DNA of 64,000 nt from Aplysia californica (taxonomy: Eukaryota), in the NCBI RefSeq assembly GCF_000002075.1, contig NW_004797650.1, positions 298,249 through 362,248 of the forward strand. The letters run 5' to 3'. Made by a program: the position numbers and the translations under genes. How positions within the stretch are numbered: position 1 is the stretch's first letter; every line of letters starts with the position of its first letter. Below the pieces are notes generated by a model. That model saw only the letters and a list, made by a program, of their open reading frames with translations. It did no database searches and was not told the DNA's origin. Below, in pieces: positions 1 through 14,500 of this stretch.

Positions 1-20
1 TCCCCTTTTCTCATACGCAG

Positions 21-268
21 GCTCAAGCTGCTGAGAAAGTGAAGAACCAGGTGCAGAAGGTGAAGGACAAAGCTCAGAGCATTGTGGACAACATCGCCAC
101 AGACAAGGCCATCGCCATGGAAAAGCTGGAGGCGGCTCGCCCGGCCCTGGAGGAGGCTGAGGCTGCCCTGAACACCATCAAGCCGGCTCACATTGCCACT
201 GTCAGACGTCTGGGCAAACCTCCACATCTCATCATGAGGATCATGGACTGTGTGCTCATTTTGTTCAG
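21..268 (+). CDS. DNAH5: Dynein heavy chain exon (stalk)
   Basis: [19 protein letters not shown]...[17 protein letters not shown]; ag/gt flanks. Confidence 0.9.
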
Positions 269-3200
269 GTACAGGAAGATATTTAGTGCGTTCATCATTC
301 TGTATTTCTGTTTTTCCTGCCCGTATTTTTCCTTGTTTGCCTTTCATGTGGAGNNNNNNNNNNNNNNNNNNNNNNNNNNNNNNNNNNNNNNNNNNNNNNN
401 NNNNNNNNNNNNNNNNNNNNNNNNNNNNNNNNNNNNNNNNNNNNNNNNNNNNNNNNNNNNNNNNNNNNNNNNNNNNNNNNNNNNNNNNNNNNNNNNNNNG
501 TTGTTCAGAACTTTTTGTATCCATTCAGTTTTACTATTGTTCTTATGTCTGCTCCCACTAATATGTGGTGGCCATCTTGTCATGATCACTCAAGTTGGAC
601 CACTATTTAACATGAGCATATATGCATATGTGTGTGTTTCTGTGTGTTTATTTAGAATCAGAAGTAGACACAGACACTTGTAGTCTGGGTTTCATCTTTT
701 TAATTTTTTTTTTGTTGTTTCATGAAATCTTTATAATGACATAAATGTTCTTAATTCTTTTGCATCTCTTTCATTCAATGTAAGCAAAAAATCTTATTCA
801 TATTTTCCTGACCTGGCCAACAACTCAGTTTATGGGTAATGTTTGGGTTTGATTTGCCCTTTTGTCAAGTTTAAATGAACATTCTGTTTCTCTGTCTCTA
901 TTTTGGATGTATTTTTTGCATTGAGTACACAACTGTTGTTTTCTTGTAGGAGCAAGCTGAATCCAGTGACAGTTGACCCTGACAGACCAGAATTTGTCAA
1001 GCCATCTTGGAACCATTCTTTGAAGGTATTTTTGCCCATTATTCTTAAAGGGGACAAGGGGTTGGAAAAAGGGGAGTACACTTGTTTTTCTTTCTTCAAT
1101 GAAAGGCGGATAGCTTTCTCACCTTTTGAATTGTCATGTTAAGCAGTGCTTTGCTGGCCTGTGTACATATCTTTGTGCTCTACTGAAGATTCATTCTGGA
1201 AATAAAGAACATGGTCAAAAAGAGGCTGACTGTTGAAAAAAATATCTATCATTTTACGCTTTCTTTTTCTTTTTTTTTTTTCTTTTTTTCTTTTTTTTTT
1301 TTACTACATGCTGCTTATAAATACTCAGGTGCTGAAAATATTGGGGCAGCTATTATTTTCCTGTTAATGTGAAATTTATTGCTAAAGAATATGGGATACA
1401 GGAAAAGTAAATGTACTTGAATAAATTCTCCAAAGATTTTTAGTGCAGAATTACATCCTGAGAAAAAACAAAAGTGCTGTCCATTTAAGAACCTTGACCA
1501 TCCCAGGTGACTTTTCTTTTTCTTCCATCACCCCAACCCCCTTGCCCCCATAGTTTTTCAACACAGATTATCATTTCTTGTAATTTATTTTTACGTTACC
1601 TAAATATTTTTCAACGGAAATGACAGACACAGACTTCATGGTGAACTTTTCCAACTTCTTTTCTGAACTTTGACGTTTAAAAGAACTGTTCTTACTTTGT
1701 TTCTAAAAGTTGCTTTTTGTTTCCCCCAGCTCATGGCTGACACCAACTTCCTGAAGAACTTGGTGGAGTTTGACAAAGACAAAATCAATGATGAGATGTG
1801 TGAGTTTGTGGAGCCGTACCTGGCAGCGGAGGACTACACCCTGGAGATTGCCAAGAACGTCTGCGGTGACGTGGCTGGTCTGCTGTCCTGGACAAAGTCT
1901 ATGTACACTTTCTACTTCATCAACAAAGAGGTTTTGCCTCTCAAGGTAAACAATTTTTCCTTTCAACAAAGACTGTTTGCACCTTAAGTAACCGATTCTT
2001 TCCATTTGTATGCACTCGTTATATTTCGCTGACAAAGAGGTTTTGCCGCAGAAGGTAACAAATATATATATTGAAATAAAGGAATTCCACTTTATCTTTC
2101 ACCTTGGAAAATGTATTTTACAAAGGCGTATGTAAATACTCAAATACGCTATTACATAAATGCTTAAATAATACACAGTATCGCAAACATAGACAATCCA
2201 ATCACTATTGTTGGTTGTCTTTGCAAAATGTTCTGGGTTTTTTTTTGGGGGGGTTGTAAGTGTTTTACAGCGCTCGCAACTGCATTGTCATATGAGTGTG
2301 CGGAACACACCAAACATTTTCAGTTGGTAGGAAATTTTGAATTTCGCCCAGGTGGCGCCTGAAGCCTACTCTTATTGATTTTGGACCTCCAAAGGATCTT
2401 ATATGTGCGCAACTTGCTCACGGAATGTCCAAGACTTTTCGCCCTTGTCTGAGAAGGCTAGGTGTAGATCTTACCTACCATAAAACCATGGGTGTGGCTC
2501 AAAGATAGCAGTAAGAAGGAGCCAAAGAGTAGCAGTAGAAAGGCTACAGAAAGAGTCAGGAGCCCAGGGGAGGGTGCAAAGGAGGTTAGTGAGGGAGTGG
2601 GGGCAGAAAGTGGAGATGAAAGCAGACGACAGATCATTGTTAGAAACATTGTTAGAGAGCAGAAAAGGATGTGAAAGAACATTTTTAGAAAATAAAATTT
2701 TCCGTCGCTGTCCGGATTTGAACCTGGGACCTATTGAACGAGAGGCGAACACTTTAACCTCTAGGCCACAAGAGCCCCCTTCTGTTTTTTAATTTGGGTT
2801 ATCGGTTATTGTGTCTTGCTCAAGGACACACTTCAGTGGCCGCCCATCAGAGGCACACTCTTGACATTATTGTGAGGCTAAGCTCAGTAACCACTTAGCT
2901 GCTAGAGCCCACTAATGCATGCATTCTATGTTTTAAAGAGTTACATCTGACCATGTACCTGTTGACTACAAAGTCAGTCTTGGGTTGGAGGAAGAAGTTG
3001 ATCATTTTCTGGTTGTTATGCTGCTGCGACCTGCAATAGAGTTACTTCACTCGAGATGATTAAGGTTGTCACTGTGCTGTGTGAAGTTATACCTCTGAAT
3101 GCTTTTGTAAACAGTTTCTGTAAGAATAAATAAAAGTGAGTGGTCTTTTATTCTTTTAATGGCTTTTCACAGAGGAACTTTTTACTTCAGCGTTGGTGGC

Positions 3201-6200
3201 CTAGTGGTTAGGCTCTCGGACTCGCAACCGTAAGGTCGAGGGTTCGAATCCCGTCAGGGGCCCGACGTTGTGTCCTTGGGAAAGGCACTTTGCACAAATT
3301 TTCCTCACTTCAAACAGGTTGAAATGGGCACCCGGCTATAGACAGTGAACGATCTTGTCAGTTTGATAGTGTTTGAGCGCGTGAAATCCGCTGCTTGCAC
3401 TGTATGCTTCCGCGGAAGCCGAGAATGTTTCAGAGTGTTCTCAGAGGGTCTGCTGGGGTAATAATAGTTGTAAAGCGCATAGAGCATGCTCTTGAGCATG
3501 GATATGCGCTATATAAATGCAATTATTATTATTATTATTTATTTTTCTTCTCAGGCCAACTTGGCTGTGCAGGAGGGCAGGCTGAAGATTGCCATGGGTG
3601 ATCTAGAGACGGCTCAGGGTCAGTTGGATGCTAAGGAGGCAGAGCTGAGGGCTGTACAGGCTGAGTATGACAAGGCCATGGCAGAGAAGCAAGCTCTGAT
3701 GGATGATGCGGAGACTTGCAGGCGCAAAATGTCTGCGGCTTCGGCTCTCATCAATGGCCTGGGTAGTGAGAAAGAAAGATGGACAGAACAGAGCAAGGAG
3801 TTCAAGGCTCAGATTGGAAGGTACACTCTGCTTTTGTAATGACGACGACACAAGTTGGATTCTTTAGAAGGTGGTCTGTTTCAGTCATGCCTGTCTGGGG
3901 CCAGCCCAAGCTCAGTGGGATTTAATGTCTCAGAAAACAGAAGGGGATACTTGACAAAGTCTTCCTGAACTCATGTCTTCTACATGCCATAGCGAAAAGT
4001 GTAACCCTCACATCACAGATGTGGGTGGTTGACAGGTGCTCTGGTGTGGTTTGCTCCTTCTTTCCTATAAAAAATCTATCGTCCCTATCTCCCCTCCTTC
4101 TTTTTAATGTTTGTTACTCTCTTGTAACACCTCTAATCTTCGGCACTTATATGACCTTATTGTGTTGCAAATGCCGTAAAACTCTTACAAAAACATCACA
4201 TCACAGACACTGGTCCTCATTGAGCAGCCTACACTTTATTGAAAAAGATTTTATTGCTTTTTTAAATCTCAAAAGTATTTTTAAAATGTTTTAATTTTTG
4301 TCTATCATCAGCACTCTTATACATTGTTATTCCTTTTCTCACCTATATATTTCTTGTGTATTCTTTTGTAAATTTTGTTCAGAGAAGAATGATTCAATGT
4401 TCTTATGTCCACAGACTGGTGGGAGACATCTTGATCTGCACGGCCTTCTTGTCCTACTCCGGACCATTCAACCAGGACTTCCGTGCCCTGCTGAACAGAA
4501 ACTGGATGAAAGAGCTGAAGAACCGGAAGATTCCGTACTCAGCGAACCTGAATGTGGTGGAGCTGCTTGTCGACCCAACTCAGGTGTGTATATTTTTACT
4601 CACTTTGCAAAGTTTTTTGCTTTTCCGGCTTCATCAAGCCTGATCTTTTCATCAAGATCTTTGTTGTTCACTTCTAATTTTTTTCAGCATTCTCCTTTCG
4701 ATGACCAAATCTTTTCTATCTGTCCTGACTTGAAAGTAGGGTTTACCTTGTCACATGTATGAGAGCGAACTTTTGAATCATCAGATTCTGATGTTGAGAT
4801 CCTTGTTAATTGAGTAGTAAAGGACTTCTTCATTGGGTTGTTGTGTGTTGAGACGTTTGTTTTCATTTTAAAAAATGTCTTGTTACTTTGCCTGAAGTAA
4901 GATGTCCACTGCACTGTCTACCTATGCTTTTTTTATCTATCAGTTTGTTATACCCCTGCTTGATTTGGCTGGTTATGACACAAATGTACGATATGTTTAG
5001 TTAAAAAGTGTCATAATTTATTATGCCGTTATTACTCAAGAATTGCTTGCATTACATTTTTTATAAGTTACTCTTATTTCCCGAGGCTAATGAAAGTATA
5101 CCATTCCTCAAACTTAACTTTTGTTAATTGTCAGTTGTTGCTCCCCCAGTTCTGTATACTGGCTTATGTACTGTTGGTGAAAGAATAACCCTTATTTTGC
5201 ACGTTTCAAGAACCAGCGCCATGTTTTTTCAGATTGCAGAATGGAACTTGGAGGGTCTACCAAATGATGAACTGTCTACCCAGAACGGCATCATCGTGAC
5301 TCAAGCCTCACGCTATCCCCTGCTGATTGACCCACAGGGCCAGGGCAAGAGCTGGATTAAGAAGAAAGAAGAGAAGAGTGAGCTCCAGGTAGGTCAAATG
5401 CAGTGAGACACATATCAATGTCGGGCTATTCACTTAACATTTCCATATTTAGAAAAAAATGTTCTGAAAAGGAATGAAAAAAGAGACCTCCTTATTTCTT
5501 CTTTTTGAAAATGTATTTGAAATTGTCATGTAACTCTTAGATTTCTGACTTTTTTCAGCTCTAAATGACAGTTGTTGTGGTAGTCTGCTTTTCTTTTACT
5601 CAGATGTACCTACAATTCAAACTTCATTGCTTTTTTTCTAAAGGTGACATCGCTGAACCACAAGTACTTCCGACAGCATTTGGAGGACTCCATGTCCCTT
5701 GGCCGGCCTCTCATGCTGGAAGACATTGGTGAGGAGCTTGACCCTGCCCTGGACAATGTTTTGGAGAAAAATTTCATCAAGGTCAGTGACTTGTTCGAAC
5801 AAAAGAGAAGGGTCTAGCAGTTAAAGTTATGTTTCAGACTTTTAATGATGTGGATAATATACTTTGATAATCTTCTTTCTTAATGAAATAACAAGCTAAG
5901 CATTGAGTGACCCTGAGATATCTAGTACAGTATTGGTCATTGATCCTTCCTTGGCTCTCACTGCTATTAATATTTCCTTTCTCACTTTGACCTAGTTTCC
6001 ATATGTCATTGTTATTTATCATAAAACACAGAGTGGTACAAAACAGAAGCAACTGTCTATTAGGTGAAATTGTGCAAATTCCTTAAGAAAAATGTTAGGC
6101 AGCGTGGTGGAATCAGGCTCCTGTCAAAATAATCAAATTTAAAGAAACTTGCATTTTTTATTTTTGGCTCAACACCTTTCATACCCATTAAAGAACTCAT

Positions 6201-8543
6201 CTCTGTGTGGATTTCCCTGAAAAACGTTGATTAAAGGCACACAAAAATTTAATTTTCAGTTACCACGGACTCTAAAGCTAAGGAAATAACTAATCTTTGG
6301 CTTCCATTTTCTTACTTATTTTATCTCTGAAAACAGGTGACCACCACCTCCTTCATTCACAAATATCTCGACTTGTATTCAAGATAAATGGATACTATTT
6401 TCATTCAAATAAAGACAAGTGAACAAGCTTTAAGATGACACCAATAACTCTACATGCCCAAAAATTGACAAGAGCCTGATTCCACCACGCTGCCTCACAT
6501 TTCCTTCCTCACTTTGACCTAGTTTCCATAATATGTCATTGTTATTTATCATAAAACACAGAGTGGTACAAAACAGAAGCAACTGTCTATTAGGTGAAAT
6601 TATGCAAATTCCTTAAGAATAATGTATTTGATTTTGTTCTTTGTCTGCTTTCCCCTCAAAATCCTTGCTGTTAAGCTTTTGTAATGCTGCAGCATGCCAT
6701 ATTTTGTTAAACAAAGCTGTAGGGCTGAGTTGTGACCATCTTTGTTTCTTGCTGCAGGTGGGCTCCACTCTGAAGGTGAAGGTTGGCGACAAAGAATGTG
6801 ACCTGATGAAAGGCTTCACTTTGTACCTTACCACCAAAATGCCAAACCCATCCTACACACCCGAGATCTCGGCCCGAACTTCCATCATTGATTTCACCGT
6901 CACCATGAAAGGTCTGGAGGATCAGCTGCTAGGACGTGTGATCCTCACAGAGAAAGCTGTGAGTTGTTTGCTCATACTTGTCTCTATGTTGGTATATTTC
7001 TTCCGCACCCCTATTTACACTAGTGAGATCTTCTAGGAGTCAGGCTGCTTGAACCTTTCTTATCATGGCCTACCCGGGCTGTGTGAGTTTCTTGTAGAAG
7101 AAAAGTTGGAATACCTTCCCTATGAGGGTGGACCACATTTGCCTTGTGTGTTAGTCAAAGAGTTTAATCATTGCAGCATCTGAATGTGTGAAGTGGAACA
7201 TAGATAAGGGACTAAAAGTATCATTTCTTCAATTGGAAATCATTTATAACATCTAGAAAGAGGATGAACGAAGTCCTAGTTTTTTGTATTTTTACCAAGC
7301 ATGAGGTATTCCTTGTACATGAGTATTTTCTTGTAACTGGATCTAGATTAATTGAGTTGTATGGTGTACATTTATTACACGTGTACATTTATTACACGTG
7401 TCTCTTTCATGCAATCTTTATACTCTTTACTTTTTCATCTGCTCTCATGTCCCATATAAGGCACTACCACATGCGTCATTCTCAAACCCACTCAATTACC
7501 AAGTAGCTTATCTTTTGCCTGTGGCCATCTTCAAATGAAAAAAAATAAAGGCCCATACCTCTATCTGAGAATGGGAAACTTTATGTTCACTTGGAAGCAG
7601 AGAAACTTAAAGCTGACGTGTTAAACAATGCATGCTGGAGAAATGTTGAAAGAAAATGGGACGGGAGGAAAGCTTACTTAGAGGGGCAATGATTTTATTG
7701 TTTGAATTAGACCTTCAATATCTAATACACAATTCTCAATTCCTCAGGAACTGGAAAGTGAACGTTTGAAGCTGATGGAGGAAGTAACGGCCAACAAGAA
7801 GAAAATGAAGGACCTGGAAGACAGCCTGCTGCTCCGACTCACCACTACACAGGTAGAACAACAAGAAAACTTGTGTGCTGCTCATGCTCGCTGACGTGAC
7901 ACTTATTTTTTTATTTTTCAATGATCTTTTTTTTTTTTTTTTGGTGGAAAAACACACATACACTGTGGACAAACAATGCATATGTACATCATGTAAAAAT
8001 ATTAGTGAGGTAATTCTCTTTCATGATCTAGCAGGTTTAACAATGTGTTATGTAATTTTTGTTTAGAAAAATGTGAATGCTGAGATCTGCTTTTAACATA
8101 GATCTAGTAAGTTGCTGTAGAAATGAGTTTTGTCATCATATTCATATTATTTTTAAGTGTTTTGATGAATACCTCTCAACTGTCTTCTACTTTGTCAACC
8201 CACCTAGGGATCTCTGGTAGATGATGAGGACCTCATCAACGTGCTACATGTCACCAAGGCCACATCGGTGGATGTGACTCAGAAACTGGACATTGCGGCC
8301 GAGACAGAGATCAAGATCAACTCTGCTCGTGAGGAGTTCCGTCCTGTGGCCACACGAGGTTCCATCCTCTACTTCTTGATCACAGAGATGAGCCTGGTCA
8401 ATGTCATGTACCAGACGTCCCTACGGCAGTTCCTGCAGCTCTTTGACCTCTCCATGGCAAGGTCAGCTCACCCTCTTCCCTTTCTTTTAGCTGAGACTAC
8501 TGTTCAGATAAAAATTTAATGACTCCAAGTTTTTTTTAAATTG

Positions 8544-8580
<37 letters not shown>

Positions 8581-11500
8581 TGTTTCACTAGCAGGAGACT
8601 CAAACCCATAGTTGATTGGATGTCACTTTCGGCATTACTCCTTTCATGTGAAGGGGTAGCATCTTTTATTAGCTTGTGTTGTGTCTGCAGTCAAACTGGT
8701 AACAGAAGGGTAGGTCAGGGGTTCAAAACCTGCAGGGGTCCATGTTGTGTCCTTGAGTAAGGCATTTTACATGAATTTTCCTCACTTCACCCAGGTGGGA
8801 ATGGATACCTGGCTATAGCCAGGGAAAGATATTGTCAAAGATCACATGTTTGTTTTTGAATATTTCTATGTTTTCTTGACAATGAAAAGAATATGACAGT
8901 TGATTTATCCATTCATTATACCTATTTAGCATTGCATACTGTTGTCGTATACAGGTCGACCAAGTCTCCTATCACACAGAAGAGAATCCAGAACATTATT
9001 GAGTACATGACCTTTGAGGTGTTCAAGTACGCAGGCAGAGGGCTCTATGAGAGTGACAAGATGACCTTCACCCTGCTTCTGGCCTTGAAAATTGATCTTC
9101 AAGGCATGAAGATCAAACATGACGAGTTCATGACCCTTATCAAAGGTGAATCATCGTTCTGCTGTTATTCACCCTCATCTAAGGCATTGTGCAAATTTAC
9201 ATTGAGGTTCAAATCCATCTTGTATAAACAACAGTTAATCCTGCTTTATGTGTAGTATTCTTTTCTCCCTTAAAAAAAGCAATTTAAAAAAATATTATGT
9301 AGATCCATATTTGATGAGGGTTTTTTCCATTAAAGAGGAAAGAACAAATAATAGAAATTTCTTTTTCTGTCGCAATTTTTTTAAATATATGAAAGCTTTG
9401 AGAGTATTTGTGCTTAACACTGATTGTAAAAATTACAGGGACAGCATTTTATTATTTTTATCCTCCTTGCAGGTGGTGCCTCTGTGGACACATCGTCTGC
9501 TCCACCAAAACCGTCCCACTGCAAGTGGATCCCACAGATCACCTGGCTGAACCTGACGGAGCTGAGCAAACTGCACCAGTTCTCCGGTATCATGGAGCAG
9601 GTAGAGCGCAACGACAAGCAGTGGAGGCAGTGGTTTGACAAGGAGGCGCCCGAGGAGGAGATTATTCCTGACGGCTACAACAACTCTCTGGACGTGTTCA
9701 GACGGCTGTTGCTGGTGCGGTGCTGGTGTCCGGATCGTATTTTGCCCATGGTGAGACGTACATTTTTGCTGGCACTGCTATATTTTATTGGATAAAGACC
9801 AAGCTGTGAGGATTTTTACCATTTTTATTATTTGAAGATCTAGTAGTAAATAAAACACTCGCGTTACAATTGAATGCCATTTGTGTCAAATAATGGTTAT
9901 TTTCTCTCGGACAACTTTTAAACATAATTATGATTAAATTAATGTTTTTGCCTCATGCAACTTTTAAACATCATCTCAATTAAATAATTGTAATGTAAAT
10001 CAGCCTGAGGGTACTGATGGGATTAATTGTCCCTCCAGCAGGGACATAACTTTTTCACTGATGGATATTTTAATTTGTATTTGCCTGCAGAGATCAAACT
10101 CATTTGAATCAAACGATATTTATTTTTCAGACAATACTTAAACATCATTGCCTCCTAGTATTTATTTCTCTGACAACATATGAATTTTATTATAATAAAA
10201 ATATTTTTACTTGTCCAGGCAAAGAAATATATCGCAGACACAATGGGAGAGAAATACTCTGAGGGAATTATTCTGGACCTGGAGAAGATGTGGCAAGAGA
10301 GCAGCAACCGCTCCCCCCTTGTGTGCCTGCTCTCCATGGGCTCTGACCCCACGCCCCTTATTGAAGGACTGGCCAAGAAATTGAGGCTTGGTGAGCTTAC
10401 AGAGACTGCATTACTTTCACTTTTAGCGACCATCTGCATTGCATTTGAGAAAAGAATGTATCTACTTCTGTAAAGCCTACATTGTGAAAATAAAGTCGAA
10501 CCTGCTTTAACAGTAACAGCCACTTGTATAAGACAATCACCTGCACAAACAGTCACTTCCAATTTCCTTCCTTGCATAATTTGAACAATACGTAATTATT
10601 CTATGTCAGATGACCACCTGTCTTAGATGGAGGTCCACTTTTCTCCTCGACAATGGGCAATGGGTGGCTGTAGTCTCAGACAATTTCGACTGTGTTAGCT
10701 AAAAGTTGGACAGCTTTGTTCAAAGAAATACTTCAACTGGAGTAATCTTGTCTCTGGCCCTGATAAGAGCTTTGCTAGAAGATGGTTTTTCTCGTCATTG
10801 GACGCTTAGATGTTAACATCCCTTATCATCTATTCTCAGAGTGCAATGCCATCTCCATGGGTCAAGGTCAGGAGGTGCACGCTCGACGTCTGCTTCAGCA
10901 GGGTGTGGCCTCGGGAGGGTGGATGCTGCTCCAGAACTGCCATCTCAGTTTGGACTACGTCAACGAAATCATGGACGCTATCATTGAGACAGAGACCATT
11001 CATGATGAGTTCCGATTGTGGGTCACCACAGAAGTCCACCCGAAGTTCTCCATTAACTTCCTGCAGGTCAGTTGTCTATGTGGGTGTTCGAGTATGTGTG
11101 TTTGTGTGTGTGTATGTACATATGTATGTATGTATGTATGTATGTGTGCATGTGTGTGTGTCTTTGTATTGAATTTTCGCCCAAGCTATTGACTTTAGAG
11201 ACACCAACTTATAATCTTTTACTATAAAAGCTGGCTGCACAGCTGTCTTGACCTCTGATTAAACCTCTTGTGTAATATGTTGTTGATGCATGAAGTACCT
11301 TCTACTTCTAAAAGGCCAATTCAATGGGGGTCCTAGAGCTGGCAGTGTAAAGAGGGTTGATTGGATTTTTCATGTTTATGTTATTTAATCTTGGAACCCT
11401 TGTATTCAAGCCCTCTTCACCAATGATATAAATTTTGTTTTCCACTGCCAATATGTTGCTTGCATTTAGATAGTACTGACAAAATGTAAAAAATCAAGCT

Positions 11501-14500
11501 TGCACATCATTTTGACCCAGCCTAGAAGGGTTTATTCTATTTTGGAAGTGATTGTACATTTTGAATTTGTATGAATTCCGTTTTCTTCAAATTATCACTT
11601 CCTAAATTCAGAATTTGTGTGGACCTCTTATGTTATATTATCATGTATTTTCTTCCTTTAGATTTCCATCAAGTTCACCAATGAGCCCCCGCAGGGAGTC
11701 AAGGCGGGTCTAAAGAGGACGTACGCTGGTGTCACACAGGACTTCCTGGACATCTCCAACATGCCCCAGTGGAAACCAATGCTCTATGGAGTGGCCTTCT
11801 TGCACACTGTTGTTCAGGAGAGGAGAAAGTTTGGTCCTTTGGGCTGGAACATTCCTTATGAGTTCAACACATCTGACTTCAATGCTAGTATTCAGTTTGT
11901 GCAAAACCATCTGGATGACATGGACCCAAAGAAGGTTAGTATTGCAATGTGTTCAGTCTGAAGTTGGTTTTGTTCCATCTCAGCAGAGGATAGTGTTTGT
12001 GCTGTATTGATCTACATTAGTAATTTTCTATCTTATTTCAACCAGCACCCTTGTATCCGTCACAACCTAGGTGGTCCCCGCCAGGTCTTGGGAGAAAAAT
12101 CTTTAGAAGCTGCAGGAAGCAGAATCATTTATGAGCAAAAAAGGAGTGTGAAAGCTTTAATCATATTACAAACCAACAGCTGTTTCAGGATATAATTTTT
12201 AAAAGTTTGTCAATTTGTACTGTCTTCCAGACTACTCTGTTCACAGAAAATAGCTAAGACAGCTTCTTCCAACATGACTGACCGTCTCCGGACAATCGCC
12301 TTGTACTTCAAAGCATCAAGGGAAATGACTATTTCATTCATAGAAATGACAATAGAATTAAGATATTTGCCTCTCAGAAATAATCCGTATGTTTTCATTC
12401 ATTTTTTTAAAAGTTCAAGAACTGAGTTGCTGTTGGAACAGCCAAGCAACTGAACCGAGGTTTGATTTTCCTTGAGACTCACAAGTGTGCCGATTTATCA
12501 ATATTACTCTCTATTGTGCACTTTCGTATCTTCCTCCAGGGAGTGACGTGGGTCACAGTGCACTACATGTTTGGTGAGATCCAATATGGTGGCCGCGTCA
12601 CTGATGACTATGACAAGCGTCTGCTCAACACCTTCTGTTCAGTCTGGTTCGGAGAGAAGATGTTCGAGCCCAACTTCGTCTTCTACAAGGGCTACAACAT
12701 TCCCAAGTGTACAAAGATCAATGAGTACCATGAGTACATCAACGACCTGCCCTCTACCGACGCCCCTGAAGTGTTTGGACTTAATGCTAATGCAGATATC
12801 ACGTAAGGATTGGGTTTTGTCCTTTTTACAAATTGTGGGATGTATGAATACATTAACCCCCTTGTCGACCTGTTTTGATTTTTAGAAACAGTGGAACATT
12901 CTCCTAATCAATTAAAATCTTGAAGAAATTGTTTTGCCGTTATCTTTCTTTTCCTTATCTTCTCCTTCTTCCTCCTTCCTCACTAGCATTACATCAACAC
13001 TCATTGTAGAAGCTTTGATTCATTTTCTGTTAGAGCCAATAACTACCACATATATAAGATAAGATAAGATACATCTTTATTGTACACATATATGAACACA
13101 TACTCTCATTCCTCATTATTCTTTTTCTGTTGTGTTATCAGTATCCGATACTTCTTTTTAGATAAAAGGTCACCCTCTCTCTCAGATTCTCTGTACAATG
13201 TTAGTCTGTGCTAATTTGTAGCTTTCATCAGATAGGTGCATATCCTAAACAGTAATATTAATAACCTTTATATTTTTCTTCTTTGACATTCACATAACAG
13301 TTAAAACCAATACATTGCTGTGAGCTTTTGTTCTTGTCATGTTAACATACATTTTTTCCGTCGTTGTTCCCAGCAGAATTTTGGGTTTTATGAAGGCCAT
13401 TGGCCTTTATGGCAAATTGTAAAGTGAAACGATATTGTTAAAAAATTTATTATTTTTTTTATCGTTATTTATAAGAGTTGTTTTAAATCGCAAATATATT
13501 TACACTGAATTTTAGTATTTTAGCATTTTAAAGTCTAATTGTCGACAAACCGTGCAGTGAACTGTTGCGAATGCTACCAACTTGTGTTTCGCGCACTCAT
13601 ATGACCTTATGCAGTTGTGAGCGCCGTAAAACCCTGTACTACTACTACTAGGGCACCTTTATTTGAAGAGTCAGTATTTCATCTCATTGTTCTATGAAAG
13701 TTACAAAGAAAGAACTCAGCTCAAACCAAAACTTTGAAGTAATGTTCTTTGGACACAATAGTGTTTCTTTGTATACCCTGGACATATTAGAAAGAAGACA
13801 GGAATGGTAAGATGATTTTTGTTTTTAGATTTTGAATTGATGGAGGTCTTTTGGTTTCCCCTTGACTGTTTCCGTCATAATAACTTTTTCTATGACAGTG
13901 CTTTATTTAGTTTTCTGTGGAGGATATACATTTTGACCAATAGCTGTCACCGTCGTTTTATGCAAGAAAAATTGTGAAATTATGCAAACTGAGCCCAAAA
14001 ATGTGAAATTATGCGATTCTGTTAATTTTAACAAAGAATGATAAAGGAAAATAATCAGAATTTATGCCAAAATTGATAAAATTTTTCCAAATTATGCGGG
14101 GTGCATAAAACTACGGGGACAGCAATAGTTGTTTGTCTTCATGTCATAGGACGCACCAATAGCTCAGTGGGTATTGTGCTGTTATGGAATGTATGTAGGG
14201 GCCTATAACTGTAGTTTGAATCGTCAAAAGGGCATTCTTAAAATAAGGTTGTTTCTAGAGTTTTTTAAGTAGACTCATCACCTAAGCCTACTTGTTTCAG
14301 TCTTGTCAGAGACAGAGATTATAATTATTCCGAGGTCCTAACTTTTGAAGGATATAAGAGTGTTTAAAGTTAAAGGGTAAGATTCATAAAATTACAATTA
14401 TTTTTCATCATCTCACCTACTCTTTCTGCCTCCTTGACTTGAGCATTAATTTTGTACATTCATTCAAGATGCACCGGTTATTTCTCTCAATGAGATGATA

